64,000 bases of DNA from Chloroflexota bacterium (GTDB taxonomy: Bacteria; Chloroflexota; Limnocylindria; P2-11E; CF-107): positions 4,538-68,537 of the forward strand of contig VBHP01000028.1 of the NCBI GenBank assembly GCA_005881435.1, written 5' to 3'. Below, in pieces: positions 17,404-26,079 of the stretch. The notes under the pieces were generated by a model. It was not told where the DNA came from and ran no database searches. It saw only the letters and a program-made list of their open reading frames with translations. Within the stretch, counting starts at the first letter, position 1; each line of letters opens with the position of its first letter. Both the position numbers and the translations under genes were made by a program.

Positions 17404-18473
17404 CTTCGGGCTGCCTCCTCGCGTCGCGTGCCGACCGCATCGGCCACGTGCTTCGCGACCTCCATTGTCCCACCGGCTCCCGCTTCGACACCGGGGATCG
17501 TGCCGTCGGAGAGCAAACGCGCGATCGCGTCCTCGATGGCATCGCCAGCCTCTCGCTCGCCGACGTGCCGGAGCAGCATGGCCATCGCGCCGATCGCGCC
17601 GACGGGAGAGGCCACGCCCTTCCCCGCATACTTCGGCGCCGATCCATGGATCGGTTCGAACATCGAGACCTTTCCGGGATGGATGTTGCCCGAGGCCGCG
17701 ACGCCGAGGCCCCCACAGAGCGCCGCCCCAAGGTCGGTAAGGATGTCGCCGAACAGGTTGGTGGTCACGACGACGTCGAAGCGCTCGGGGTGCGTGACGA
17801 ACCACATGCTCGCGGCATCGACATACATCGCGTCGCGCTCGACGTCGGGATAGTCCGAGGCGAGGTCGTCGAAGACACGGCGCCAGATCTCCTGCGCGGC
17901 GATGGCGTTCGACTTGTCCACCAGCGTGAGCTTGCCGCGGCGCTCGAGCGCGCGCTCGAAGCCATAGCGGATCACGCGCTCGACGCCGGCCCTGGTGAAC
18001 ACCATCTCGGCGATGGCCACCTCGTTCGGCGTGCCAGCGTGCACGAGACCGCCGGCCTGGGCGTAGACGTCCTCGGTGTTCTCGCGGATCACGAGCATGT
18101 CGATGTCCTGCGGCCGCTTTCCCTTGAGCGGCGTCAGCCGCTCGGCGTAAAGGCGGACCGGACGCAGGTTCACGTACAGATCGAGACCGAAGCGAAGACC
18201 GAGGATCACGTTGCGCTCGAGGAGACCGCGCGGGACGTCAGGATGTCCGAGTGCGCCGAAGAGGATGGCGTCGAGCGTGCGGAGGTGTTCGAGGTCTCTC
18301 TCGGTCATGAGCTCGCCGGTCGCCAGGTAGTGCGCGCCCGACCAGGGGAAGCCCTCGCGGTCCGTCTTGAAGCCGAAGGCGCGCTCGGCCGCGTCCAGGA
18401 CGAAGAGCGCGGCCGCCGTGACTTCAGGACCGATCCCATCGCCAGGCACCACACCGATGCGGTAGCGCTTCAT
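17400..18473 (-). CDS. 3-isopropylmalate / tartrate dehydrogenase-family oxidative decarboxylase
   Basis: 357 aa. N-terminus MKRYRIGVVPGDGIGPEV and NLFGDILTDLGAAL, typical of the IPMDH/TtuC family. Confidence 0.85.
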   Translation of the reverse strand: MKRYRIGVVPGDGIGPEVTAAALFVLDAAERAFGFKTDREGFPWSGAHYLATGELMTERDLEHLRTLDAILFGALGHPDVPRGLLERNVILGLRFGLDLYVNLRPVRLYAERLTPLKGKRPQDIDMLVIRENTEDVYAQAGGLVHAGTPNEVAIAEMVFTRAGVERVIRYGFERALERRGKLTLVDKSNAIAAQEIWRRVFDDLASDYPDVERDAMYVDAASMWFVTHPERFDVVVTTNLFGDILTDLGAALCGGLGVAASGNIHPGKVSMFEPIHGSAPKYAGKGVASPVGAIGAMAMLLRHVGEREAGDAIEDAIARLLSDGTIPGVEAGAGGTMEVAKHVADAVGTRREEAARR

Positions 18474-18540
18474 CGAAGCTCAGCCTAGGGCGTCCCGACC
18501 CCCGCATGCCCGGATCGCGACTTCGCGGCACACTGGAACG

Positions 18541-19581
18541 ATGCCTGGGCCCAACGTGCCCTTCCCGCCGATGGAGGCCGAGCTCGTCGCCGAGCTGCCA
18601 AGAGGCCCCGGCAAATGGCAGTACGAACCGAAGTGGGACGGCTTTCGCGGCGTCCTGGAAAACGATGGCGGCGAGCTCGCGCTGTGGAGCCGCAACGGCC
18701 GTCCGTTGCTGCGCTACTTCCCCGAGCTGCGGACGCTTGGCGACGTCCTGCCGCCGCACTCGGCGCTCGACGGCGAGATCGTGATCCAGATCGACGGCAA
18801 GCTCGATTTCGATTCGATGCAGCTGCGCTTGCATCCGGCCGAGAGCCGGATCCGGAAGCTGTCGAAGGAGATTCCCGCGACGTACATCACCTTCGACATC
18901 CTGCTGTGGGACGGCACCCCGCTACATCAGCTGCCGCTCGAAGAGCGGCGCCGTGAGCTCGAGGCAAGAGCCAAGGGCTTCGCCGTTTCGCCGTACTCGC
19001 GCGAAGTGGACGTCGCGGAGGACTGGCTCAAGCGGCTCGAATCCGCAGGCCTCGACGGTGTCGTGTGCAAGCGCCTGGGGCTGCCATATCTCCCGGGCTC
19101 GCGCGAGGCCGTCGTGAAAGTCAAGCGGCACAAGACCGCCGACTGTGTGATCGTGGGCTATCGCACCGGGGGGAAGCGCGCGATCGGCGCGTTGCTGCTG
19201 GGCCTGTACGAGGACGACGGCACGCTGGACTTCGTCGGCCATACCTCGGGGATCGACGCGCAGCTGCAAAAACAGCTGCAGGAACTGTTGCCGCCACTGG
19301 TCGAACGCGATCATCCGGTGTACTCGCAGGCGGATGGCTGGGGGCGCATGCCCGGCGGCATGTCTCGCTGGTCCGCCGGGAAGGACCTCGAATGGGTCGA
19401 GGTCAAACCGGTCCTGGTCTGCGAGGTGCGCTACGACAAGCTGGAAGGCGATCGCTTCCGGCACGGCACGCGCTTTCTCCGCTTCCGGCCCGACAAGGAT
19501 CCCCGTCAGTGCACGTGGGACCAGGTCCGCCCGCCGCGCCGCGCCGAAGACCTGTCAGTCGGGGACCTGCTGAAGGTCTAG
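18541..19581 (+). CDS. ATP-dependent DNA ligase (stand-alone LigD/LigC ligase domain, NHEJ)
   Basis: 346 aa. Adenylation motif I, EPKWDGFRG, plus an OB-fold C-terminus. Confidence 0.85.
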   Translation: MPGPNVPFPPMEAELVAELPRGPGKWQYEPKWDGFRGVLENDGGELALWSRNGRPLLRYFPELRTLGDVLPPHSALDGEIVIQIDGKLDFDSMQLRLHPAESRIRKLSKEIPATYITFDILLWDGTPLHQLPLEERRRELEARAKGFAVSPYSREVDVAEDWLKRLESAGLDGVVCKRLGLPYLPGSREAVVKVKRHKTADCVIVGYRTGGKRAIGALLLGLYEDDGTLDFVGHTSGIDAQLQKQLQELLPPLVERDHPVYSQADGWGRMPGGMSRWSAGKDLEWVEVKPVLVCEVRYDKLEGDRFRHGTRFLRFRPDKDPRQCTWDQVRPPRRAEDLSVGDLLKV

Positions 19582-19617
19582 CGCCCGGGTGGCACGAGTC
19601 TGGCTCTGTTCCGGCGC

Positions 19618-19812
19618 ATGCAAGAACTTCAAGCCAACCAAGTCGTCGACCAGTTCCTCGCCGGCCTGATGTATCCGGTCTCGAAAACGGAACTCCTCGA
19701 ACGTGCCGCGGAGGCGCAGCTGACCGACGAGGTCATGGCCGCGCTGAACGGTCTTCCGGACCGCGAGTACCAGAAGCCGGCCGAGGTCGCGAAGGAGCTC
19801 AACCCGGCCTAG
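19618..19812 (+). CDS. DUF2795-family small protein
   Basis: 64 aa. YPVSKTELLERAAEAQLTDEVMAALNGLPDREYQKPAEVAKEL matches the DUF2795 pattern. Confidence 0.7.
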   Translation: MQELQANQVVDQFLAGLMYPVSKTELLERAAEAQLTDEVMAALNGLPDREYQKPAEVAKELNPA

Positions 19813-19823
19813 GCACGCGCTGG

Positions 19824-20813
19824 TTAGCGATGGCTCGGGCCTCGCTGCTGACCGGGCTTTCGGCCGTAGTACTCGGCGCGCCAATCGCGTGGCGGACCGG
19901 GGCGCGAGCGTCGCTTCGGCGCCTCGCGCTTCACCTGCAACGTGTCGAACAGCGGATCGAGGCTGACCGCCTTGTCCCACATCCCGGCGGTGAGGTCGCC
20001 GAGCTTCGCGATCCGCTCGCGCATCGTCCGCAGTGTGTAATCGCCGGGCTCGACGGCCGGTACCTCATCCCAGCGCAGCGGCGCCGAGGCGCGCGCATCG
20101 GCAACTGGACGGATGGAGTAGGCCGAGGCGATGGTGCGGTCGAAAGCGTTCTGGCCGTAGTCGACGAACACGCCGGGACGTCCGGCCACCTTCCACTGCG
20201 TTGTGGCGATCTCCGGCACCAGCTTGACGATGGCCTTGGCCATTGCGCGCGCGATCTCCCGCACCAGCGGAAAGTCGAGCTCCGGAACGATCGGCACGAG
20301 GATGTGCAGACCGGTGACGCCGCTTGTTTTCGGATAGCTCGGCAGATGGAGATCGTCCATCACGCGCTTCGCGGCCATCGCGATCTCGCGCACGTGCGAC
20401 CACGGGTTCCCCTCCGATGGGTCGAGGTCGATCAGGAGGTAGTCCGGTTTGTTGATGTCGCTGATCCGCGAGTGCCAGGTATGCAGCTCGATGCAGGCGA
20501 GGTTGGCGAGCCACGCCAGCCCGGGCGCGTCGTTGATCACCGGAAAGTCGACCTCGTTTCCGGACGGGTAGTTGACGTGCACCGTCTCGAGCCACTCCGG
20601 ATGCGGATTGGGCACGCGCTTCTGGTAGAAGAAATCGGCGTCGACGCCGTTCGGGTAGCGCTTCATCTGCATCGGTCGCTTGCGCACGTGAGGCAGGACC
20701 GCCGGGGCGACGTCGACGTAGTAGCGGACGAGATCTCCCTTCGTGATCCCCGGTCCGGGAAACAGGATCTTGTCCTGGTTGGTGACGGCGACCTCGCGAT
20801 CGTCGACGAGCAT
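19824..20813 (-). CDS. NHEJ primase-polymerase (stand-alone LigD polymerase domain)
   Basis: 329 aa. LigD PolDom motifs (DLDP.., FVDYGQNAFDRTIASAYSIRP, SGVTGLHILVP). Lys/Arg-rich C-terminal tail. Confidence 0.85.
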   Translation of the reverse strand: MLVDDREVAVTNQDKILFPGPGITKGDLVRYYVDVAPAVLPHVRKRPMQMKRYPNGVDADFFYQKRVPNPHPEWLETVHVNYPSGNEVDFPVINDAPGLAWLANLACIELHTWHSRISDINKPDYLLIDLDPSEGNPWSHVREIAMAAKRVMDDLHLPSYPKTSGVTGLHILVPIVPELDFPLVREIARAMAKAIVKLVPEIATTQWKVAGRPGVFVDYGQNAFDRTIASAYSIRPVADARASAPLRWDEVPAVEPGDYTLRTMRERIAKLGDLTAGMWDKAVSLDPLFDTLQVKREAPKRRSRPGPPRDWRAEYYGRKPGQQRGPSHR

Positions 20814-20833
20814 GAGATGACTATTGTCGCCGG

Positions 20834-21214
20834 ATGCTGGCGCGCGTTCTCCTGTACGGGTTGTTCGGCTGCGTCGTCGAATTTGGCTTCACCTTCGCCG
20901 CGCGCCGTCCGCGGCTACCGAACCCGTGGATGCTGCCGATCTACGGTCTCGCGGCATTCGCGTTTCCGCCGCTCCGCCGCGTCGCACGAGGGCGACCGAT
21001 GCTCGCTCGCGGCGTCGTCTATGCCGCCGCAATGATCGTTGCCGAGTACGCCATCGGCCGATCGCTTCGCGTGACCGTCGGTGCGGCGCCGTGGCGCTAT
21101 GACTCGCGCTTCGCCATCGACGACGTCTCGCGCCTCGATTACTTCCCGCTGTGGGCGCTCTACGGCCTCACGCTGGAACGGCTTGAGGATGCCATTACGC
21201 CGGGCGTCTCCTGA
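20834..21214 (+). CDS. Small membrane protein (126 aa, hypothetical)
   Basis: Three hydrophobic helices. Diverges from the PolDom gene across only 20 nt. Confidence 0.4.
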   Translation: MLARVLLYGLFGCVVEFGFTFAARRPRLPNPWMLPIYGLAAFAFPPLRRVARGRPMLARGVVYAAAMIVAEYAIGRSLRVTVGAAPWRYDSRFAIDDVSRLDYFPLWALYGLTLERLEDAITPGVS

Positions 21215-22151
21215 CGAGCCACACGCTCGCGGCGAACAGCGCGACGGCGAGACCGGCGTAGAGAGTGAACTCGATCCCCTGCAGCTGGCCTTCGCGCTCG
21301 CGTGGCTGATACTTGACTCGAACGAACACGCCGTTCTGCGCGTAGTAGTCGTCGGAGCTCACGAGCACGGCCCGGGAGCCGGTGCGGAAGAACTCGTTGT
21401 TCAGCTGGATCAGGCGGTCGATCCCCACCGGATTCCCGTTCGCGTCGACGTAGTCGCTTGAGATCACCCAGGCGTCCGGCGGAATGCCGACATGGGAGGT
21501 CGCGACAATTGGCGGGATGAAGGCCGTCGGCCGCAGCTGACTGATGACCGCGCCACGCGCGACCGCGATGGCGACGAGCGCGATGAGCATCGCGGCGAGA
21601 GCGCGTCGCGTGAGAGCCCCTGCGAATACTCCGAGAGCGAGAGCGAAGAGAGCGGTCCCCACGATCACCGCGGGACTCCACTCGAACGCGTCCTGCCAGC
21701 GGGCCGGTCGGTACGACCACGCTTGTGCTGCGATCGGAGCGATTGCCGCCAGCAGCCACGCGCCTCCGGCGAGCACGGCCGCGAAGAGAACGATCTTCGT
21801 GACGAGCCAGCGGGTGCGCGTGATCCCTTGGGCCCACACGAGCAAGCTCGTACGGAACTCGTGCTCCCGTGACACGAGCGGCGCTCCCAGGAACGGCGCG
21901 ACGAGCGCCGGCAGAGCCACGAACAGAATGGAGAAGTAACTCGTCCATCCGAACTGGCGTCCGAACTGGTTGAATGCGGCGCTGCATTCCGTTCCGAAAT
22001 TCGGGTTCGCCACACAGGCCGGGATGCCAAGTGCCGCGATGACCGACGGTGCTTGCAGCCCGGCGATGAGGTTCGGAAGGCCGAGGATGACGATCACCGC
22101 CAAAGTGAGGAGCGCCTCCCAGCGATGCTGCCGATACGTCAGCCAGATCAT
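21195..22151 (-). CDS. ABC-2-type exporter permease
   Basis: 318 aa from ATG 22151, overlapping the ATPase stop. Six TM helices. The upstream 340 aa of ORF 21195..23171 are Arg-rich antisense of the ATPase gene. Confidence 0.75.
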   Translation of the reverse strand: MIWLTYRQHRWEALLTLAVIVILGLPNLIAGLQAPSVIAALGIPACVANPNFGTECSAAFNQFGRQFGWTSYFSILFVALPALVAPFLGAPLVSREHEFRTSLLVWAQGITRTRWLVTKIVLFAAVLAGGAWLLAAIAPIAAQAWSYRPARWQDAFEWSPAVIVGTALFALALGVFAGALTRRALAAMLIALVAIAVARGAVISQLRPTAFIPPIVATSHVGIPPDAWVISSDYVDANGNPVGIDRLIQLNNEFFRTGSRAVLVSSDDYYAQNGVFVRVKYQPREREGQLQGIEFTLYAGLAVALFAASVWLVRRRPA

Positions 22152-23032
22152 TTCGTCGTCCTTTCCAGTCGTGCGCGACGGAGATACGCGAGGACGAGCT
22201 CCTCGAGATTCACCGGACGGACCTGGAGTCCGTTCCCCGTGGGCCAATCCACGGCCTGTGAGACGCGGACGAGGGCGCTGATCTGCCGTTCCGTGCGCTC
22301 GGTGTCCACGATCGCGGAGTGTGTCCGGATGAACTCCTCGTATCGAGACGGCGCCGTGACGGCGACGTGGGACCCGACGACCGTGTCGATGTCGCCGGCG
22401 AGCTCCGCCCGCCCGCGACCGAGGATGACCAAGTAGTCGCAGGTTCGTTCGATCGCTGCGATCTCGTGCGAGGTCAGGATCACGGTGACCCCGCTCTCGG
22501 CCGCCGTCGACATCAGCTCCTGCAGGAAAGAGCGGCGCGCAAGCGGATCGAGCCCGCCCAAGGGCTCGTCGAGCAACAACAGCTCCGGGCGCTTGCCGAG
22601 CGCGAGCGACAGCGCGACCTGGGCACGCTCGCCGCCGGACAGACTGCCGATCTTTCGGTCGAGGGCGACGCCTGCGTTCGCGACCCGTTGGCGCGCATAT
22701 GCGAAATCCCAGCGTGCGTTCAGACGCCGCCCGAGCTCGAGCATGTCCGCGACCGTGAACCCCCGGTAGAGCGGTCGCTCCTGCGCGACGAATCCGACGC
22801 GAGAGAGAACTCCGAGTACGTCCTCCCGCGCGGAGATTCCAAAGACGTGGACTCTGCCCGACGTCGGTTCGGCGAGACCAACCGCGATGTGGAGCAGCGT
22901 CGTCTTCCCGGCACCATTCGGACCGACGAGGCCGACGATCCGGCCCGCCGGCACCGCAAAGGAACAGTCGTTCAGCGCGAGGACGCGGCCAAAACGTTTG
23001 CTGACGTTGACGGCCTCGAGAGCGAGGCTCAT
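22148..23032 (-). CDS. ABC transporter ATP-binding protein
   Basis: Walker A GPNGAGKTT, signature LSGGERAQV, Walker B LLLLDEP. Confidence 0.9.
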   Translation of the reverse strand: MSLALEAVNVSKRFGRVLALNDCSFAVPAGRIVGLVGPNGAGKTTLLHIAVGLAEPTSGRVHVFGISAREDVLGVLSRVGFVAQERPLYRGFTVADMLELGRRLNARWDFAYARQRVANAGVALDRKIGSLSGGERAQVALSLALGKRPELLLLDEPLGGLDPLARRSFLQELMSTAAESGVTVILTSHEIAAIERTCDYLVILGRGRAELAGDIDTVVGSHVAVTAPSRYEEFIRTHSAIVDTERTERQISALVRVSQAVDWPTGNGLQVRPVNLEELVLAYLRRARLERTTK

Positions 23033-23424
23033 GCGATTTCCTCCTCGAAAGCGTCTCGTAGCGCGAGACCGAGCAGATCGGCGATGGCCTGGCGATCCAG
23101 ACCGGCGTGACGAGCGTCGGCGATCCAGCGGCGGAGAGAACGCCGCAGCGGTTCGTGGATCGAGCGGGCAATCGGACGGGGCGCCTCCTGCGTCACGAAA
23201 GTCCCGCGCCCGGGGAAGCTCCGGACCACGCCTTCGCGCTCGAGTTCGCGGTAGGCCTTCAGGACGGTGTTCGGATTGATCGCCAGCCGCCCGACCACAT
23301 CGCGAGCTGTCGGGAGCTGGTCGCCGGGCCGCAGGATCCCGTAGCGGACGGCGCTGCGGACCTGCTCGATCAGCTGGAGATACGTGGGAACTCCCGAGCG
23401 CTCATCGAGGCGGAAGGCGATCAC
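23029..23424 (-). CDS. GntR-family transcriptional regulator (YtrA-like, short C-terminal domain)
   Basis: 131 aa. GTG start 23424. wHTH (LPTARDVVGRLAINPNTVLKAYRELEREGVV). Overlaps the downstream ABC ATPase start. Confidence 0.85.
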   Translation of the reverse strand: MIAFRLDERSGVPTYLQLIEQVRSAVRYGILRPGDQLPTARDVVGRLAINPNTVLKAYRELEREGVVRSFPGRGTFVTQEAPRPIARSIHEPLRRSLRRWIADARHAGLDRQAIADLLGLALRDAFEEEIA

Positions 23425-23427
23425 GAA

Positions 23428-23460
23428 GTGCTATATAACTATGGCAATAGCACAAGTCAA
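23428..23460 (-). promoter_or_regulatory. Near-consensus sigma70-type promoter (TTGACT-17-TATATA) with an embedded palindromic operator GTGCTAT-N12-ATAGCAC, immediately upstream of the GntR GTG (leaderless-type)
   Basis: On the minus strand: TTGACT tgtgctattgccatagt TATATA gcacttc GTG. The inverted repeat 23428-23434 / 23447-23453 spans the spacer and -10. The region is locally AT-rich. Confidence 0.5.
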
Positions 23461-23582
23461 GCACGGATTCAGCGCCCGGTCGATTGCTGGGAGGGCGGGT
23501 TCCCCCACCGGAGTGGCTGGCGAAGCGACAAGCGCGTTGCTGCGTTACAGGGGGTGGGGGGGCAAACGGAGGAGAAGAACTA

Positions 23583-24014
23583 ATGCTGCGGTCGATCGTC
23601 GAACCGGCTTTCGCGAAGGACCCGCCTCTCAAGCTGAGCTTGAGCCCCACCGTCGTCGGTGGAGTCGTCTGCGTGCTCGGCTCGCTCGGCGTGGTCGCTG
23701 CCATTCTCGGCCTTCTTCGCGCGACCCTCGTGGTTACCGGCGTTGGCACGTGGATCGTCGCGCTCCTGCTGCTGGTGCGCGCGGTCGGCGCCGGTGTGGC
23801 CGCCTACGGCGGCTACCGCATGTATCAATACGACAGCGGTTGGAAGACGCGGATCATCTACGGACTGTTCGCGTACTTCGTCACCGAGGTCCTGTTGCTC
23901 GTCACATCACCGGCCGGCGAGCTGATCGGGATCGCCATCACGGCGCTGACCTATTACCTGGTCGTCGTCAGTGGCACCACAACCGCTGAGACCAGTGAGC
24001 GCCCCGCCAGTTAA
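23583..24014 (+). CDS. Hypothetical membrane protein (143 aa)
   Basis: ATG 23583 with SD GGAGGA 9 nt upstream. Four TM helices. Divergent from the GntR operon. Confidence 0.5.
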   Translation: MLRSIVEPAFAKDPPLKLSLSPTVVGGVVCVLGSLGVVAAILGLLRATLVVTGVGTWIVALLLLVRAVGAGVAAYGGYRMYQYDSGWKTRIIYGLFAYFVTEVLLLVTSPAGELIGIAITALTYYLVVVSGTTTAETSERPAS

Positions 24015-25861
24015 AGCGTGATGTCGCCGAAGCGCTCGGGATCCCATTGGATGCCGAGCGCTTCCGGCCCGGCCATGAACCCGAGCAGCGCTGAAGCGGC
24101 GACGACTGCTGGTGACGCCAGGTAGCCCAAGCCGCCGACTCCCATCCGGTTCTGCCAGTTGCGGTTGAACGAGGTGATGGCTGTCTCGCCTTTTTTCAGC
24201 GCATCGGGACCCTGACCGAAGCATGGCCCGCACCACGATTCACGAATTTCACCGCCGACCGAGCGAAAGACGGAGGCGATCGAGTCGCCGTCGAGACGCG
24301 GTTCCGAATGCTCGATCTCGCGCTTCACCACGCCTGATCCCGGAAAGATCACGAACGGCTTCGGCGCCTCCTCATAGCCCTTCTCGCGGCCGGCGCGAAT
24401 CACCAGCGCGGCTTCGAGCAGGTCGTCGTAGCCGCCGTTGGTGCACGAGCCGATGTAGGCGCGGTCGAAGACGAGCCGCTCCCTGGCGACTTCATCGGCC
24501 GGAAACGCATTGCCGGGGGCGAACGGCTTGGCGATGAACGGCACGATCTCCGCAAGGTCGAGCTCCTCATCCACGTCCCAGCGAACGTCGGATCCAGGCG
24601 CGAGTCGCGGCGGATAGGGAAGTTGCTGATGGCCTTTGCCCCGGTACCACGCGGCGGTGATCTCGTCGGGCGCGAAGATGCCGTTCTGGGCCTCCGCCTC
24701 GGCCATCATGTTCGCGATCGTGTTGCGATAGGGGACGCGCAGCTGCTGTTCCGCGTCGACGAACTCGACGCTCATGCCCTGCGATTGCGCGCGTCCCCAC
24801 CGGCGCAACAGCGCGAGCACGACATCTTTTCCCGAGACCCACGGCCGAAGCTTGCCGCGGAAGCTGACGCGACGTCGCTTCGCCGGCGTGAAGTAGATGT
24901 ACCCGGTCGACCAGCCGAAGCCGAGCTGCGTGCTGCCCACGCCGATGCCGACCGCGCCGTACGCACCATAGGCGCGCGAGTGCGAGTCGGCGCCGGCGAC
25001 GAAAGCGCCAGGTACGACCAGGCCTTGCTCGGGGAAGTAGAAGTGGAAGATACCGTCGCCCTTCGTGGCGTAGTACGGCCGCCCGATCCCATGGTGCTCG
25101 GCGAAGGCGCGGCCGATCTGGTATTGCTTCTCGTCGGCGTCGCGTCCGCTGAACACGAAATGGTCGTTCGCGATCGCGACTTGTCGCGGGAAGATCGTGT
25201 CGCCGCCGGTGATCTGGTTGAAGGTATGGATCGCGAACGGCGCGGTCCCGTCGGAAGCCGGGAGCAAGTCGCACCAGACGCGGATCGTCGCTCCCGGTCT
25301 GACCGCCGCGTCCTGGTCCACGCGGTGCGCCCACGCGATCTGCTCCGAGGTCGAGAGTCCGCGCGCGGCAGCCGCATCGGGCCAGACGATCTGCGGCTCA
25401 CGTTCCAAGGAGTTACGGAACTCGCGGCGGCCGATCGCAATGATGCCGCCGGAGCGGCGGATCTCGTCCTCTTTCGGTGTCAGCGGCAGCGGCTCGTACG
25501 TCCTGCCGCGCGTCTCGTTCGTCAGTCGCCGCGTCGACGGATCGAAGGAGAACGTGTCGCCCTCCTGCGCGTCCTCGACCGCCTCGCGACTCTGGACCAC
25601 GTGCAGGCCGAGATTCAGTGCGTTCCGCCGGAAAATGTCGCCGATGTTGTCCCCGCAGACGATCACAAGCTCATGCCCGGCTTCCTCGCCGACGCCCTTC
25701 AGTCCCGCCGGGCTCATCTCGCGTGACGAGCCGATGGCGAAACGCTCACCGGCGACGATGAAGTTCTGCCCTCTCTGGACGCGCTCGCGGAAGTCAGGCA
25801 TCAGGTAGCGGAACGTTCCGGCCTTCCAGCGCTCGTCCAGGCGCTCGAGACTTTCGGACAC
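24011..25861 (-). CDS. Aconitase-family hydro-lyase: fused 3-isopropylmalate / homoaconitate dehydratase with the swivel (LeuD-like) domain N-terminal to the catalytic (LeuC-like) domains
   Basis: 616 aa. GTG start. N-terminal LeuD-like motifs (NFIVAGERFAIGSSRE, VIVCGDNIGDIFRRNALNLGL) followed by LeuC-like motifs (GADSHSRAYGAYGAVGIGVGST, YIGSCTNGG). Confidence 0.85.
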   Translation of the reverse strand: MSESLERLDERWKAGTFRYLMPDFRERVQRGQNFIVAGERFAIGSSREMSPAGLKGVGEEAGHELVIVCGDNIGDIFRRNALNLGLHVVQSREAVEDAQEGDTFSFDPSTRRLTNETRGRTYEPLPLTPKEDEIRRSGGIIAIGRREFRNSLEREPQIVWPDAAAARGLSTSEQIAWAHRVDQDAAVRPGATIRVWCDLLPASDGTAPFAIHTFNQITGGDTIFPRQVAIANDHFVFSGRDADEKQYQIGRAFAEHHGIGRPYYATKGDGIFHFYFPEQGLVVPGAFVAGADSHSRAYGAYGAVGIGVGSTQLGFGWSTGYIYFTPAKRRRVSFRGKLRPWVSGKDVVLALLRRWGRAQSQGMSVEFVDAEQQLRVPYRNTIANMMAEAEAQNGIFAPDEITAAWYRGKGHQQLPYPPRLAPGSDVRWDVDEELDLAEIVPFIAKPFAPGNAFPADEVARERLVFDRAYIGSCTNGGYDDLLEAALVIRAGREKGYEEAPKPFVIFPGSGVVKREIEHSEPRLDGDSIASVFRSVGGEIRESWCGPCFGQGPDALKKGETAITSFNRNWQNRMGVGGLGYLASPAVVAASALLGFMAGPEALGIQWDPERFGDITL

Positions 25862-26079
25862 GCAGTCGTCGGCCGGCGTGATCTGGTCCGTGTCGATGGC
25901 GTCGAGCTTCTTCCCCGGGACCTTGGGATCCCAAAAGATCAGCGCCGTACCGCGGATCGACGGGTCATGGGAGTCATCGGCGACCCACCGTCCCGGCGGT
26001 TGCGCGGGCTGGGTGTCGAGATGCGCTCCCGGCTTGATCCGCGGCGGCTGGATGGTGTTGAGCGGTCGCTCGCTCGGCG

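Noticed and set aside
16219-17805. 528-aa thiolase ORF with a 134-aa N-terminal extension
   Set aside because: The extension is Arg-rich and overlaps the upstream dehydrogenase gene. ATG 17403 has a GAGGAGG SD and gives a canonical 394-aa thiolase.
19065-21035. 656-aa plus-strand ORF spanning the ligase end, DUF2795 and the PolDom antisense
   Set aside because: Low-complexity Arg/Gly product crossing three verified genes. Artifact of high GC.
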